A stretch of 63,664 bases of DNA, filler included, from Folioceros fuciformis (GCA_049999805.1; 11 parts of 11 records of this genome joined end to end with filler, not necessarily neighbours in it), one strand, 5' to 3'; counted from the whole stretch's first letter, positions 11,200-23,494 are shown. Notes: generated from the sequence alone by a model not told the origin. Translations and numbers: made by a program.

Positions 11200-11339
11200 G
11201 AACCAAGTTGCTCATACATATAGAGTTCTCACATAAGCCAGGGCCGATTGTAATGAGAACCATGAACCAAGTTGCTCATACATGTAGAGTTTTCACATAA
11301 GCCAGGGCCGATTGTAATGAGAACCATGAACCAAGTTGC
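11200..11339. repeat. 64-bp tandem repeat at the contig end
   Basis: TGAACCAAGTTGCTCATACAT...GCCAGGGCCGATTGTAATGAGAACCA occurs twice, plus the start of a third copy. Confidence 0.85.
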
Positions 11340-11439
11340 NNNNNNNNNNNNNNNNNNNNNNNNNNNNNNNNNNNNNNNNNNNNTTAATTAATTAANNNNN
11401 NNNNNNNNNNNNNNNNNNNNNNNNNNNNNNNNNNNNNNN
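11340..11439. other. Artificial contig linker N..TTAATTAATTAA..N (also 18373-18472, 21351-21450, 29921-30020, 31778-31877, 36284-36383, 44098-44197, 52748-52847, 59383-59482, 62344-62443)
   Basis: An identical 100-nt spacer with stops in all six frames occurs 10 times. Confidence 0.97.
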
Positions 11440-13630
11440 GAAGAGGAGGTAGAAGATTTCCTCCAAAAGGAAGTGGTGGGAATTTTTCAAAAACAGGTAG
11501 TTCGCAAGGAGCAGCCTCAACTGTAAAAAAGACTAAAAGGACAGGTACATGCAATTGGGTTAAGTTACCTGGTCATTGGGAGCGTGAGTGTCGCAAATAG
11601 CAAGCTAAAGTCCCTTGCAAGGAAGGATCCAATGCTGCGACACATGTGGTGGTGAAGAAACAAAACACACCAGCAGCTTTGACAGTCGGGACAAGAATGT
11701 TTTCAAGTCCACTGTTGCTTCCCACTTGTCTTTCTACCAAAGCCAATGCTAAACCTACATCAAAGTGGTATTTAGATACAGGTGCAACTGCTCACATTTG
11801 TTTTGATTGACATGCTTTCAAAACATATAGGTCAATTCCATATCAGTACGTTTACCTTAGAGATGATAGATCTCTAGTTGCACGAGGTCGAGGCACAATT
11901 GAGTTTTTAGTCCCATCTGGCATCACATTAGTGCTAAAGGATGTCTACTATGTGCCTGAGATGACTAGAAACCTTGTTTCAGTCAAGAGATTAAATGCTG
12001 ATAACAACAATCACGTTGTTTTCACTAGAACAGACTGTAAGATCGTAGATGCATTTGACCCTAGGAAAGTACTTACGTATGGATTCTCTGACCATGACCT
12101 TTATCGTCTTGATCTTCATCGAGGAATAGCTGATACTGACCAGTCACTAGCTGTTTCTTTAGCCTCTGCACAACAAGTAGCAAAGTCTAAGTTGTGGCAT
12201 GCACGTTTGGGTCACCCTCACCTGGCAAAATTGCATAAGTTGGCCGTGAGTAGCCTATATCAAGATGGCCCCATTGGACCATTGGTTGATACTCCTCTAT
12301 GTGAAGCTTGTGTATTATCTAAGAAACACCAAGCAACTTTCAAGAATAAAGCACCTTACCGTGCCTCAAATCTCCTTGAGCTTGTACATACAAACTTGTG
12401 TGGAACCTTATCTCAAGAGTCCATTGGAGGTGGGCGTTAGTTTCTAACGTTTACTGCTGACAAAAGTCATTTTGTCACCACCTATATCTTGAAGAACAAG
12501 AGTGAATGTTTTTCCTACTTTAAGAAGTACATTAAGTTTGTTGAACGCTGGACAGGCAAACAGCTCAAGGCACTTAGATCTAATAATGGCAGAGAATACA
12601 TATCTAATGAATTTCAGAACTTCTATAAGGATGAAGGCATTGGTCGTCAACTCACAGTTGTTTATACTCCATAGCAGAATGGAGTTGTAGAGTGTTCGAA
12701 TCTTACTCTGCAGGAAATGGTTTCTTCTTTGCTGCATGATGCTATGCTGCCACTCCCTTATTGGGCTGAGGCCTTGATTACTTCAACTTATCTGCGCAAT
12801 AGATTGCCAACAAGTGTAGTTGCAGATAAGACCCGTTATGAAGCCTTTACAGACAAAAAGCCATCAATACAACATTTGAGGACTTTTGGTTGCCTAGCTT
12901 ATGCCTTAATCCCTAAACAGAAGAGAGTTAAACTCTCAGATAAAGCATGTAAGCTCCTTATGTTGGGCTATACAGAAGAGATAAAAGCCTATAAGCTATA
13001 TGATGTTCCATCTAATAGAGTAATCTAGGCTCGGAGCATTACCTTTGATGAAACCAGGACTTGGGCTACAGTGGGAGCTCATCTTGTAATACCAAAATCT
13101 GATGATGTAGAGAACTCATTGGAGATTTCCCATTTTGATGTCACAGACCATGGGACTCAAAATTCGGATGTATCTCCTGCAAAGGGGGCAACACCAGCCG
13201 CTGTTACAGAGTCAGAAGATGCACCTTTGTTGACTGACTCTGACCAGCCCATTATGCAGGACTTGCATCCTCATCAAGACATATTACATGATCCCCTACT
13301 TGATAGTGAAACATCGGAGCCTGAAGAGTTGCCAGATTCTGTTGATACCATTGATGAGATTGCATCAACTCTTGTGCCAGCTCCTGAACTTGCTCATCGT
13401 TATCCCACACGAGAACAGCGACCTCCTGACTTTGATAGTGCACCTGATTTTCGTCCATCTTCTGCTCATATTCGGGCATATGCTGCTATCTCACTTGATC
13501 CTGTTGAACCACAGTCTTATGTTGAGGCGTTGAGTAGACCTGATCATCCAGATGGCAAAAGGCCATACAATTAGAATATGACTCTCTCATTGAGAATGGC
13601 ACTTGGGAGTTAGCTAAGTTACCTCATTGT
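11440..13630 (+). mobile_element. Degenerate Ty1/copia internal region (gag zinc knuckle, protease, GAG-pre-integrase, integrase, start of RT)
   Basis: CNWxKLPGHWERECR, WYLDTGATAHI, LWHARLGHP, LELVHTNLCG, LRSNNGREY, HLRTFGCLAY and EPQSYVEAL, with many stops. Same family as 54146-58445. Confidence 0.92.
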
Positions 13631-14470
13631 CAAGATTAGCTGCTCACATAATGCACAAATTTCCTCCTTGGAAAATGTGCGATTATGTGACCAAAAATTT
13701 ATCTCTGCCTGCACTATATATTTTGTTAGTTTAATCCAAAACTTAATGGGATTGTAAACGAGTCTGTTGATTTTGCAGTATGACGCAGAGACGTCGGCGA
13801 TGCCCTGATGATGTTCTCTCACAATTTGTGAGTATACATAACAGGAATCGTCCACAACAAGTTGAGCATCGAGTTAGCCGACGTTGTGCGACTTCACAAG
13901 ATCAACGTCATAGTTGGACAAATCCTCCTCCAGGCTGGATATCTCCTCTTCCAAAGAGAAGATCTCATCAACTCAACTTGGGAGAAAGGGCTCCCTCTCT
14001 ACTTCCTGAGCGTGGATCCCAACAAACATTTTCTCCAAGTCCTTGCAATACTTGCAAAAGTTATTCAAACAAGCTATTAGATCCTTTGGCAGAGTTTGAG
14101 AGGATACCCACTAACTAGAATGAGTTGGCTGAGCTTAGACTTGAAGCGCGGCGTAATAGAGTTGCCAGTTCAGATGAGACTCTTTTCTCGCAAGTCTGCA
14201 GAGGACATTTATTGCTACTGCAACATGGAGAACGACTAACAATGATGCATGATCTACTTCAGAGTGTACAAAATTCCCTCAGCCCTCACCTTGAAATTGG
14301 AGCGTGTTGAAGTGGGACTTGTCTCTGTGAGATCTCCCCAAGTCGTGACCTACTTGCCAAGTCTGGTACCTATACGCGAAGAGCCTGCAATGGCGTCACC
14401 TTGTGGGCGATCAGATCTGTAGGGGTGCCGTACGCCTTGACTCGGGATCTCTTCTTCATCCTTGGAGGGG

Positions 14471-15303
14471 GAAGTCAGAGAGAGAGAGGCTCCTATAAGA
14501 TCATGTGAGCCTGTAGGAGGAGGTAGTCATTCACTTTGGGAGTCAGTCAGTCACTTTGTGAGCTCTTGGAGGTACTCTCTTCACGAGCTCTTGTGGTCTG
14601 TTCTTGCTTGGTTTAGGACCTGCAGTGTATTGCCGGCTGTATAGTGTCTGGTAAGATCATAGGCAGCGTGTTGTATAGTGTCTGATAGGATCACAAGGTG
14701 TAATGACCAGGGTGCAAGGGCTTGCCCCTAGCTCTTGATTGTAAAGGATGTGTCTTTCTCTCGACCTGTCCACTCCTGTTCCCTGTTTGGACAAGTGTTG
14801 TAGGCTGGCCATGTTTCATGGTGTTCTGGTAAGGTTGTGGGGAGGAGATATCTGAGAGGGGAGTGTGTTCCCTTCTTTCTTTTCTTTGAGGTTAGTCTAG
14901 TGACTCTTGCCGGGTAGGAGGAGTCAGTAGGGATGTGTAGAAGGTAGTGGTGTCGTTGTTGGTTGCTGGTGTTGGTGCTGGAGTGAGAGAGTGAGTGAAG
15001 TGAGTGAGGGAAGCCGCAGGTCTCAGAGATTAAGGTCATTGTAGTGACTGGAGTAAGTTTGTGGGCATTGAGGGAGGTAGCTGACCGCTAGACAGCGAGG
15101 CTTATCCTACGCTTGATCGGAGCTGGAGGGGAGCCCTCAAATCCATCATCGAGTCGATTGAGTCCGACCCTCCATCCACAATAGCAAGGAACCTCATCGC
15201 TCCTTCGTGGGAAGGAAACCCAATGTCTCAACGACAGTGAGAAAAGTGTGTCCACTAAAGGTGGAACCCGTCGGCAATCAGTGCCTAGGGTTTTGCCTCC
15301 ACG
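14471..15303 (+). mobile_element. LTR-like dispersed repeat, copy 1 (5'-truncated)
   Basis: Highly similar to 36765-37717 and 44201-45286. Contains TATA-like CCTATAAG. All copies stop at ...GGTTTTGCCTCCAC(A/G). Confidence 0.7.
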
Positions 15304-15350
15304 TCTGAATTGGACTTCCTGCCTACAAGCAACCATACGTGCTACTTGTG

Positions 15351-15413
15351 GAAGCCAACTGCTATTTATGTCCGCCAACTGCTATTTATGTCCGCCAACT
15401 GCTATTTATGTCC
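15351..15413. repeat. 20-bp tandem repeat x3
   Basis: Unit GCCAACTGCTATTTATGTCC. Confidence 0.9.
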
Positions 15414-15649
15414 TCCGACTGGGCTCATAAGAAGTACATTGCTCCTGGCCCCAATCGCTGGATGGGGAAGTTCGCCGATCCCTCAACTTTGTCTGCACGC
15501 ATTCTCATGGAGGGCTGTAGGGCTGCACCATCGACCATTGTCAAGGCCGCAGTGGCCTTCCTGCTTAGAGCCAGACTCGAGTTGCTTTCCATCCACCTTG
15601 TTCCTGAATCTCCAACTTCTAGCCCCATCTCCTTGATCTAATCTTGAGG

Positions 15650-18180
15650 GGGCCGGTGCCCGGCGGCTGCTTGGATACTCGGCCCGGATCCTAATTGGGC
15701 CAATCACTGCCCGCCTTAGCAATCCAACCTCCACCTACGCACACTTTGCCTGATCCACTCTGGCCTGCCACAATCTGCCGGGCAGGTCAGACCACCTTCC
15801 TGCCTGCCAAAATCTAGTCGCTACCTGCCTGGCCCGGATTCGGCTACTGTTGGGCCACCTACCAACTTCCCTCGATTGCCTGCCTCCAGCCATCTGGACC
15901 ATCCGGTCCAAACTGGCGAGCTTAGCAAGCAGGCTGCCTACTCAGAGGCCGTCTGTGCCCCGCCTGCTAGGTGCGTGGGCAGATCCAGCCAGCCATCTGC
16001 TGCATCCACCCCATGATCTNNNNNNNNNNNNNNNNNNNNNNNNNNNNNNNNNNNNNNNNNNNNNNNNNNNNNNNNNNNNNNNNNNNNNNNNNNNNNNNNN
16101 NNNNNNNNNNNNNNNNNNNCCACCCCATGATCTAGCCAGCCCCCTACCTTTCGAATCTGGACAGCTGGCCAGCCACCGGATTGCCGACCCGGGCTAAGCT
16201 GCTGGTTGGGCCCTTCAGCAGCCCCTCATCAACCAGCCCGCCGCCCTTGCCTGCCTACCATCTGCCGATTTGGCCGGCCAACCAACTAGTAAGCTTGGCG
16301 CCCGAATCAGCCCACTTGACCACATGCCGGCCCCTAGATCCATTCGAGACCGTAGCGGAATCTGACTTTGGCCCACCCCGCATGTGGATCCGCCTGAAGG
16401 CTGGAACCATCTTCCGGCCCGGGCTTCACCGGTCTCGGCTTGGATCCACCAGCCAACCAATAGCCAGCCCGTCGGTTGCCTGTGACAGGCCAGATCCGCC
16501 GTCACCCTACCCCGACCAGGCCACCTGCCCAGCCGGATGGATTCGCTTCGATCTGCTTGCCTAGCTGCCCACATAGACCCGTTGCCAGGCTGCTTGTCGA
16601 TATGGCCTCCTAGCTGGCTGGATCCGCCAGCCCATCTTCCCCTTGTCAGGCCCAGCCGTGACCAGCCTGCCCAGAGGCCGCACGCCGGCCTTCCATCCTC
16701 TAGATCTGGCCAGGCAACTAGCCCACCTAGACCCCACTTAGCCGACCCCCAGCCGCCAGGCGGGTACCTGGCTCTGGTAGCGTCAGTAGGATGGCAAAGG
16801 CCTGGCCATTGGGTTCGGCTGGCTAGCCGGATTCAGGTGGCAATAGCCCGGCAGTCTGGCTAGCAGAGCCAGCCGGCTAGTCGAGGATGGGTCAGACAGG
16901 GGCTGGTTGTCGGGTCCGGCCGTCTTGCTAACCATATCTAGCCAGCCAGCAGACCAGCCAGGCAAGGCGTAGTCGGCCGGACTGGGCGCTGGAGGCTGGC
17001 TGCCAAGGCGGCTGGCCGCAGCTGCCAGGAGAGCCGCCGACTGGGGGCGGGCTATTGAAGGGCCTGGCCAGTAGGCCAGCCTGGCCTGGCCATAGGACAG
17101 GCGATAGGGTGGGTGGCCGAGCCAGCAGTGACTCGGCTCCCTGGCTAGCCGACCTGGCCGGTGGATTCAGGCTACAGGTAGGCATTGCTGTTGGGCCGGC
17201 TGCGAGTGAGGCTAGAGTGGATGCAGGCAGGCCGGGGCCACAACAAGAAGCTTGGTAGTGGCCTGGCTGCAGGAACCAAGCAGCCAAGTAGGCTGACTTC
17301 CGGCATCTGGGTAGGCTGGTTGCTTGGCCGGATCCAGATGGCAGGAGGCATGTGGCCTGACTGGCAGGCAGGCCGGCCTGCCAGTAGTCCGACCTGGCTG
17401 GGCGGCCCGAGGGCTAGCCGGCAAGGCGAGGTGTAGGGTTGTCTCACCCAGCCTCAACCAGCCGGCCGGCTCTGCTAGCCAGATTGCCGGGCTGCTGCGG
17501 CCCAGCCACCTACCCGGCCGTTTGGATCCGGCCAGGCAGCCAAACCCGACGGCCAGGCCTCTGCCATCCTGCCGCCAATGCAACCAGCCGGTCAACCCAG
17601 CTGGTCGCATCGCCAGGCTGCAGGTGGCCCGGCCACCTCCTTCCATGCCGGCTTGCCCTCCCGGATCTGGCCAGGCAGCCAGCTCACAGAGCTGCCTGCT
17701 GCTTGCCTATAGCCAGGCCACTGTTGGCCCGGCCCCAGCCCCAGGCAGGATCCACACCGCCGCTGGCTCTATCCATGACTAGCCGGCCAGTTCGACTGAT
17801 CGCACAGCCGGGCCGCCTCCTGGTTCCTGCCCTTCCCACTATCCGTGTGCAGCCGACCAGGATGCCACCTGAGCGTGACGTTGTTGCCTTGCTGCTCTGT
17901 CCAGCGCCTTAGCAAGCTTGCCTGATGCCCCGCTGCCCGCCGCGACTTGGCCTGCCAAGCCCGACAGCCTACCTACCTCCCTACCTGGAACTAGCCGAAG
18001 TTTGCAGCCGCCAATTAGCCAGCCTTTCCGAATCCACCCCAGTAGCAGGTTGGCTCACTTGCCGACCAAGATGCGGCCAAGCATGCCCAGCCGCCTGCTC
18101 GTCATGACCACGCCAACAGCCCTATTTGCAGCCACCGTGTGCTGACTCTACCTGCAGCCGCCCTACCAGGCTGTAGGCAG
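15650..18180. repeat. GC-rich cryptic satellite / low-complexity repeat (CCAGCC, GCCTGCC, GGATCC/AGATCT motifs) with an internal inverted segment
   Basis: Dense shuffled short motifs; polarity flips at ~16760-17430. Similar sequence at ~30640-31720. Confidence 0.75.
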
Positions 18181-18593
18181 AGTCACCCTAACCCCAGGAC
18201 CCGTGACTCTTTGACCACAATCACCACCCAAGCCCTAACTGTCCTACCTAGCTCAATTCCCTATCTACTTTGCTAGAGGATTCAGCCAAAATTCAAAACA
18301 AACAAGTACTACCATTTTTCTAGGAGATCTACCATGTGGACTCCACATTAGGACAAATGCATTGTTGCATAGNNNNNNNNNNNNNNNNNNNNNNNNNNNN
18401 NNNNNNNNNNNNNNNNTTAATTAATTAANNNNNNNNNNNNNNNNNNNNNNNNNNNNNNNNNNNNNNNNNNNNGAGGGTGTGACATTACTGCACGGGTGCT
18501 GTCATGGTCGCACACTGCCTGCACACACACACCACCATTGCCACCACGACTGCAACGTCATCCTTCCACTATCGTCAGCCCTTGCAGCCTCAC

Positions 18594-19384
18594 CTGATTG
18601 TGCACGGAAGGCCCTCTTATGAAGTTGCTGCTGTTCTCCCTCGGTCTTGCACGCACGAAATCTGCCTCCACTAAGTTGTGCTCAGCAGCAAAGTCAGACC
18701 GCAGTCGTTGTGGGTGTCCAAACTTCTCCACAGCCCCTCGATATACGTCGTAGATAGTTTCTGCCCTCTTGTTGTCTGCCAACACTGCCCACGTAATGTA
18801 GTGGGTGGCACCATCGATCGCTGCGTGCACCCTCATGTGGTACATGTACATCTTGTCGTAGGTTGCAGCCACAGCCACTATTAGTAGGCACCTGCACTCT
18901 GCACCGCAACCCGTTAATCAACTACAATTCTTGCCCGCACTCACAGTCCATGTGCCACATGTACATTGGCGTTCGATTTGTGTATTGCACTCGCCTGATG
19001 CGCACACTCGCTCTCATTGCCATCGCCTCCGGCTGTAATGCCCGCAGAGCAGCGTTTATTTTCCTCCTCGGCACTTTGTACCCCGCGTCCACCAACGCAA
19101 CTTTCACCACCCCCACCCCCCAGGTCACCCCGTGCCTTGTGATGGCCACACTGTCCAAGATCAACGCCGCAATTGTCTCCACTGTTAGCAGTTGCCCTGC
19201 ATATGCCCCTGTCCACCCTGGACACTTTTCAAGCCATCGCCGCAGTGTTCTGGGTGTGCAGCCAAACTCGCCAGCCAGGGCTATCAGCGTCCCTCCACTA
19301 CGCCTCTGTTGCAGCGCCATCTCCTCCAATTCATGGAGTGGCACAGGGCAACCCATTCCTCCATCACTCCCCCCGCTGCTCACA
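18594..19384 (-). mobile_element. IS3-related eukaryotic DDE transposase (IS3EU-type 'integrase core'), intron-containing, partial
   Basis: HTH (TLIALAGEFGCTPRTLRRWL), then GVGVVKVALVDAGYKVPRRKINAALRAL..RIRRVQY..PMYMWHMD, intron 18944-18863, then SYDKM..VHAAIDG..TIYDVYRGAVEKFGHPQRLRSD..E.N..FIRGPSVHNQ and a GTGAGG donor at 18593. This matches the WHxDGyDKL...IDG...yGxPxrvRsD...GxSvhNqRIE family pattern. Confidence 0.8.
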
Positions 19385-20847
19385 NNNNNNNNNNNNNNNN
19401 NNNNNNNNNNNNNNNNNNNNNNNNNNNNNNNNNNNNNNNNNNNNNNNNNNNNNNNNNNNNNNNNNNNNNNNNNNNNNNNNNNNNTCCACCCCACTGGTTT
19501 CACCTATCAAGCCCTTCCTTGCCCCTTCCTTCTCCCTCACCTCACCTTCCCACCACGTCCTTCAGCTTTCGCCGATGCAACAGCCAGTGTAATGCATCTG
19601 TGCACCTTGTATGTCTTGGTCGCCTCACAGGGTTCCCCCTTCCCTTCCACACCCGGGACTGCGTTCGCCTCCTCTTCACCACGCCGCCGTTCGCCCGCCA
19701 CTTAGACGATGATACCTTCCCACTGTCACCTGTCCTGCCCTTCTCAGGGCCCGCACTAGCAATGGCACTGCCATTGACTCCTGCCCCCTCGTGCAATCGC
19801 TTTGCGCCCGCTCCTCCTCCCCTATGCGACCGCAGTGCCACTGCTCTTGCTCCCCCGTGCGATCACACTGTCCTCGCAAGATATGCCACCTCCGATCAAA
19901 CTGCACCAGCTCCTCCTGGCCGTGCCCCTTATGGCACTGCACCCTCTGCTGGCCGCGAAGGCAAGATCCGCATACACTCGTGCCATGTGTGACAGATATG
20001 GCTTACTTGAACTGCACAAGCCTTACCCAACTGCCAGCGGCTGCATGCAAGCCACCCGTCATCGCCTCCACATCTCAGCCATCCACTTGTTAAAGCGACT
20101 GCGTTGCCTAACATTTATGACTCCTCCACCAGTTGCCTGCACTTCTCACGATAGCTCTCATTTCCTGTCGTCACCTCCATTGCACCTCCATCGCAACTCC
20201 ATTTTCGCTTGCAGGGTTGCCAATCAATGGCTAGCACACTGCACAAGGCAGATCCGCCCGTCCTCGGGTTCCCCCCACACCGCAGCCCCATCTATAGCCT
20301 CTTAATGGCAGCCATGTTGGCATCACTGGCTGCCGAGGCCCGGGGACCAAGCATGCTCCCCACAGTAGTCGTGCCCAGTAGGCGGTCACGCGTCCCATGC
20401 CAGGCTCCCTAATCAACACCCCGATCGGGCCTGGCGACCTGGTGTGTTCCTTCCACGATCTCGCCCGCCGACCTTATAGGCTCTCCGCTCGCCTCCCTTG
20501 CCACATCACGGGCTCCTCCGAGGTGATTCGCGAGTGCGCCCAGTCCCTGCGACAGCGCGGGCTCACGACCCCAGCCCTCCAACCTCTCGGCCTCCTGCGC
20601 TCCCTTGCCTAGCAAGGCGACATCCCCGTCTACCAACCCGATGCGCTGAGAGATAGCAAGGACTTGGCTCGCCGCATTTGATGGTGTCGTTGGATTGGGT
20701 GCTAATGTTGGTTTCGCATATGCAACAGGGTTATAGTGTACTACTAAGCCCACCCAATTATCACAACTCTATTAGCCCCACATCGATGCACAGGGGCACA
20801 TCCCTCGTCCCTGCCCTTTTCTTTATGGTGGCTAAGGATCCAACTCA

Positions 20848-21350
20848 CTATGGCAACCCGTACACTGCATTGTGGGCTATGGCCACCTCAATGCGCTCTT
20901 GCATGATGGCGACACACTCGTATCGAGGGAGCAACAACGTGCTCGTGCAAGTCCTAGAAGTGGGCACTTGCCCATCAGCCAGGAGAGGGACCTTCGTCAC
21001 TGTCATTGGACCCCCTTCGCTGAAATAAACCCTATCTGTGATGAATGTGTACAATTTGGCCCTTTGTGCAAAGCTCAGCCTCCTAATGGTTGTGGCGTAC
21101 ATTTCCCTGGTCTCCATCGAGCATGAATGGAAAGTAGTTGCCCTCAGAAACTCTTCGGGTCTGCACCCACGGGCACCAGAGAAGAAAAAACACACAACCT
21201 CCAAGGACATGGTGTCCACGATCGGGAGAAGGGCCCTAGAATCCAAGCTATGAAGGACGTGCCTGAAGCCCTCCGCGACCATTCCCCCAATTGGATAGCA
21301 GTTGCTGAATAGCAGGTCCTTCGTCAATTTCCCTTGCAGCGCCGCGACGT
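20848..21350 (-). CDS. HECT-domain E3 ubiquitin ligase C-terminal part (5'-partial, open to the contig end)
   Basis: LSFAQRAKLYTFITD...VPTSRTCTSTLLLPRYECVAIMQERIEVAIAHNAVYGLP* fits the HECT C-lobe consensus (ll.FvTG...lP.shTC...L.LP.Y.s.e.l.erL..Ai....gFg), with the catalytic Cys intact. Confidence 0.8.
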
Positions 21351-21450
21351 NNNNNNNNNNNNNNNNNNNNNNNNNNNNNNNNNNNNNNNNNNNNTTAATT
21401 AATTAANNNNNNNNNNNNNNNNNNNNNNNNNNNNNNNNNNNNNNNNNNNN

Positions 21451-22681
21451 CTGAATGTACTGATGTACTTTTCTGCTGAGTCTCCTTCCCGCATGCGGAG
21501 AGACCTCAGCTTGTATTGTGCAGCAACTTGTGAGATCATGTTTGCCTTCGAATATTGAAGCACAAATGAGTCCCACAACGCTTTTGCTGAAAGATTTCTT
21601 TCAACATTCTTCATCCAGTCCGATGGTATGCCCCCTAGAATGACATTCAAGGCCTGATTGTTGGCCTTTGTGTATGTAGCAGCTCCCACTGGATCTGCTG
21701 CAGGGTCAGGCGGCATCACTAATACTCCAGCTACTACATCCCACAGTTCTTTACTTTTGAGGGATATTTCCATCCGCATGGACCAGACATCGAAGTTCCC
21801 GCCGTCAAATCGGTCCTTCTCCTTGAAGTCTNNNNNNNNNNNNNNNNNNNNNNNNNNNNNNNNNNNNNNNNNNNNNNNNNNNNNNNNNNNNNNNNNNNNN
21901 NNNNNNNNNNNNNNNNNNNNNNNNNNNNNNNTATGCCCCCTAGAATGACATTCAAGGCCTGATTGTTGGCCTTTGTGTATGTAGCAGCTCCCACTGGATC
22001 TGCTGCAGGGTCAGGCGGCATCACTAATACTCCAGCTACTACATCCCACAGTTCTTTACTTTTGAGGGATATTTCCATCTGCATGGACCAGACATCGAAG
22101 TTCCCGCCGTCAAATCGGTTCTTCTCTTTGAAGTCTGAATAGCTGACAGAGAATGGGCCTGCCATTGGGACTGCAGCAGGTAAGCCTACACCACCAGCAG
22201 GTTGTCTTGGTCCTCCAGGTCCGCCAAGGGCTCCAGGTCCACTAGGTCCACCTTGTCCTCCTAATCCTCCTAGTCCTCCTGAGGCTGCCAACCAACTTGA
22301 TGTGGTAACAGGTACTCCTGAATTTGCAGCTACCTGTACAGTCTAATTTTGTCCCGGCACAAATTGTGTATTTGAACTTGTTGCATTTTCAGCATCTTCC
22401 AAGATTGATAAAATGTCCTCTTCCTGTGTTCCAAATGTGAAGGCAGGATACCCAGATGTTGTCCTCAAATTAGGAGTAGTTGGGGTCGAGGCATCCTGAT
22501 CTGAAGGATAGACCGGGCTCAGTGATGCACTAGCCGGACTATTAAGACTACTTGGCAATCTAACCCCCTCATCCAAAAGTCCACGGCTCCTCAAGGCTGC
22601 AATTGTCTCTTCGACATCCAGTCTCACTAGAATTTCAGGCCTGGGACTCCCAAGGAAGGAGGTAAAATTGGGTGACCACAT
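21451..22681 (-). mobile_element. Ty1/copia gag with long N-terminal extension (partial; part duplicated across the scaffold gap)
   Basis: RFDGGNFDVWSMQMEISLKSKELWDVV...AKALWDSF...LRSLRMREGDSAEKYI. The frame continues upstream to the ATG at 22681 through one TAG at 22343. Confidence 0.85.
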
Positions 22682-23426
22682 TAACTCATGTGCCCAACAT
22701 TGTTAGCATTTCCAATTTCACTTGTTCTACCATCTTAGCTGTTTTGGTCTGCTGCGCGTGTCGGTGAACAATGCACTCCAAACAGTTTGTGGGTTGCTGA
22801 TAAATCTGACCTACAGGTGGGACAGAAAGTGCTGACAATGCTAATTTGTTTGCAAGTAGGTGCGGTTTAAGGATCAAGAGGAACTTTGTATCGAGTGCTT
22901 GAAGGTGAGTATCTAAACTCATCAGTTGTGCTGCAATCTTAGACACAGAGTGAATTAAGACCTGAAGTTTGCTCACAACAATATTTTCTCTTTTGTGTTT
23001 CGCTTTGTGCTCTTTTGAGTATTGTGGACCCTTGTGTTGATTTTGGACGAAAGATCTTAAATGATGTCTGCCATGCCTGACCTGAACGCCATGGTGAATG
23101 CCCACAGACTCTGCAATGTTGGCACAGGACTGGACGCGGAGAAAGAGACGGCAGTTGGGTATATTTCTTGCTTGTCGCACCTGAACCCTCAAAATGTGCA
23201 ACCTCCCTGTTCTGATTGGTGACACCGAAGTTGATGGTCTGCAGGTTGCGACTGGATTGGTTCCTCCTGGGCTCTCTTCGTCTGAATTGTAGATTGTGAC
23301 TCAGACGATCGATGCAGGGCTCCATTCAAACCAACTCCCGCAAGAGCAAGAAAAACACCCGATTGCTGTCGCATCTCCGCCTCCATCAGCGCCCTGATCC
23401 CGTGCGCTTCAGCATCTGCATGCGCT

Positions 23427-23438
23427 GCTCTGATACCA
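23427..23438 (-). promoter_or_regulatory. Primer-binding site (tRNA-iMet 3' end)
   Basis: TGGTATCAGAGC on the minus strand, upstream of the gag. Confidence 0.85.
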
Positions 23439-23494
23439 AGACAAAATAGTAGGGAATCGCATCAGATTAGAATGGATTGTACATTAGCGCTCTA

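Noticed and set aside
15850-18145. Many Pro/Ala/Arg-rich ORFs (also 30285-31683)
   Set aside because: They overlap in all frames in GC-rich low-complexity DNA and show no domain motifs.
19542-20753. Long minus-strand frame between the HECT and the transposase as a third gene or N-terminal extension
   Set aside because: Several in-frame stops and no recognisable motif; not distinguishable from chance in GC-rich DNA.
21626-22137. Tandem duplication of gag sequence
   Set aside because: Near-identical copies flank a 100-N gap; most likely overlapping contig ends.
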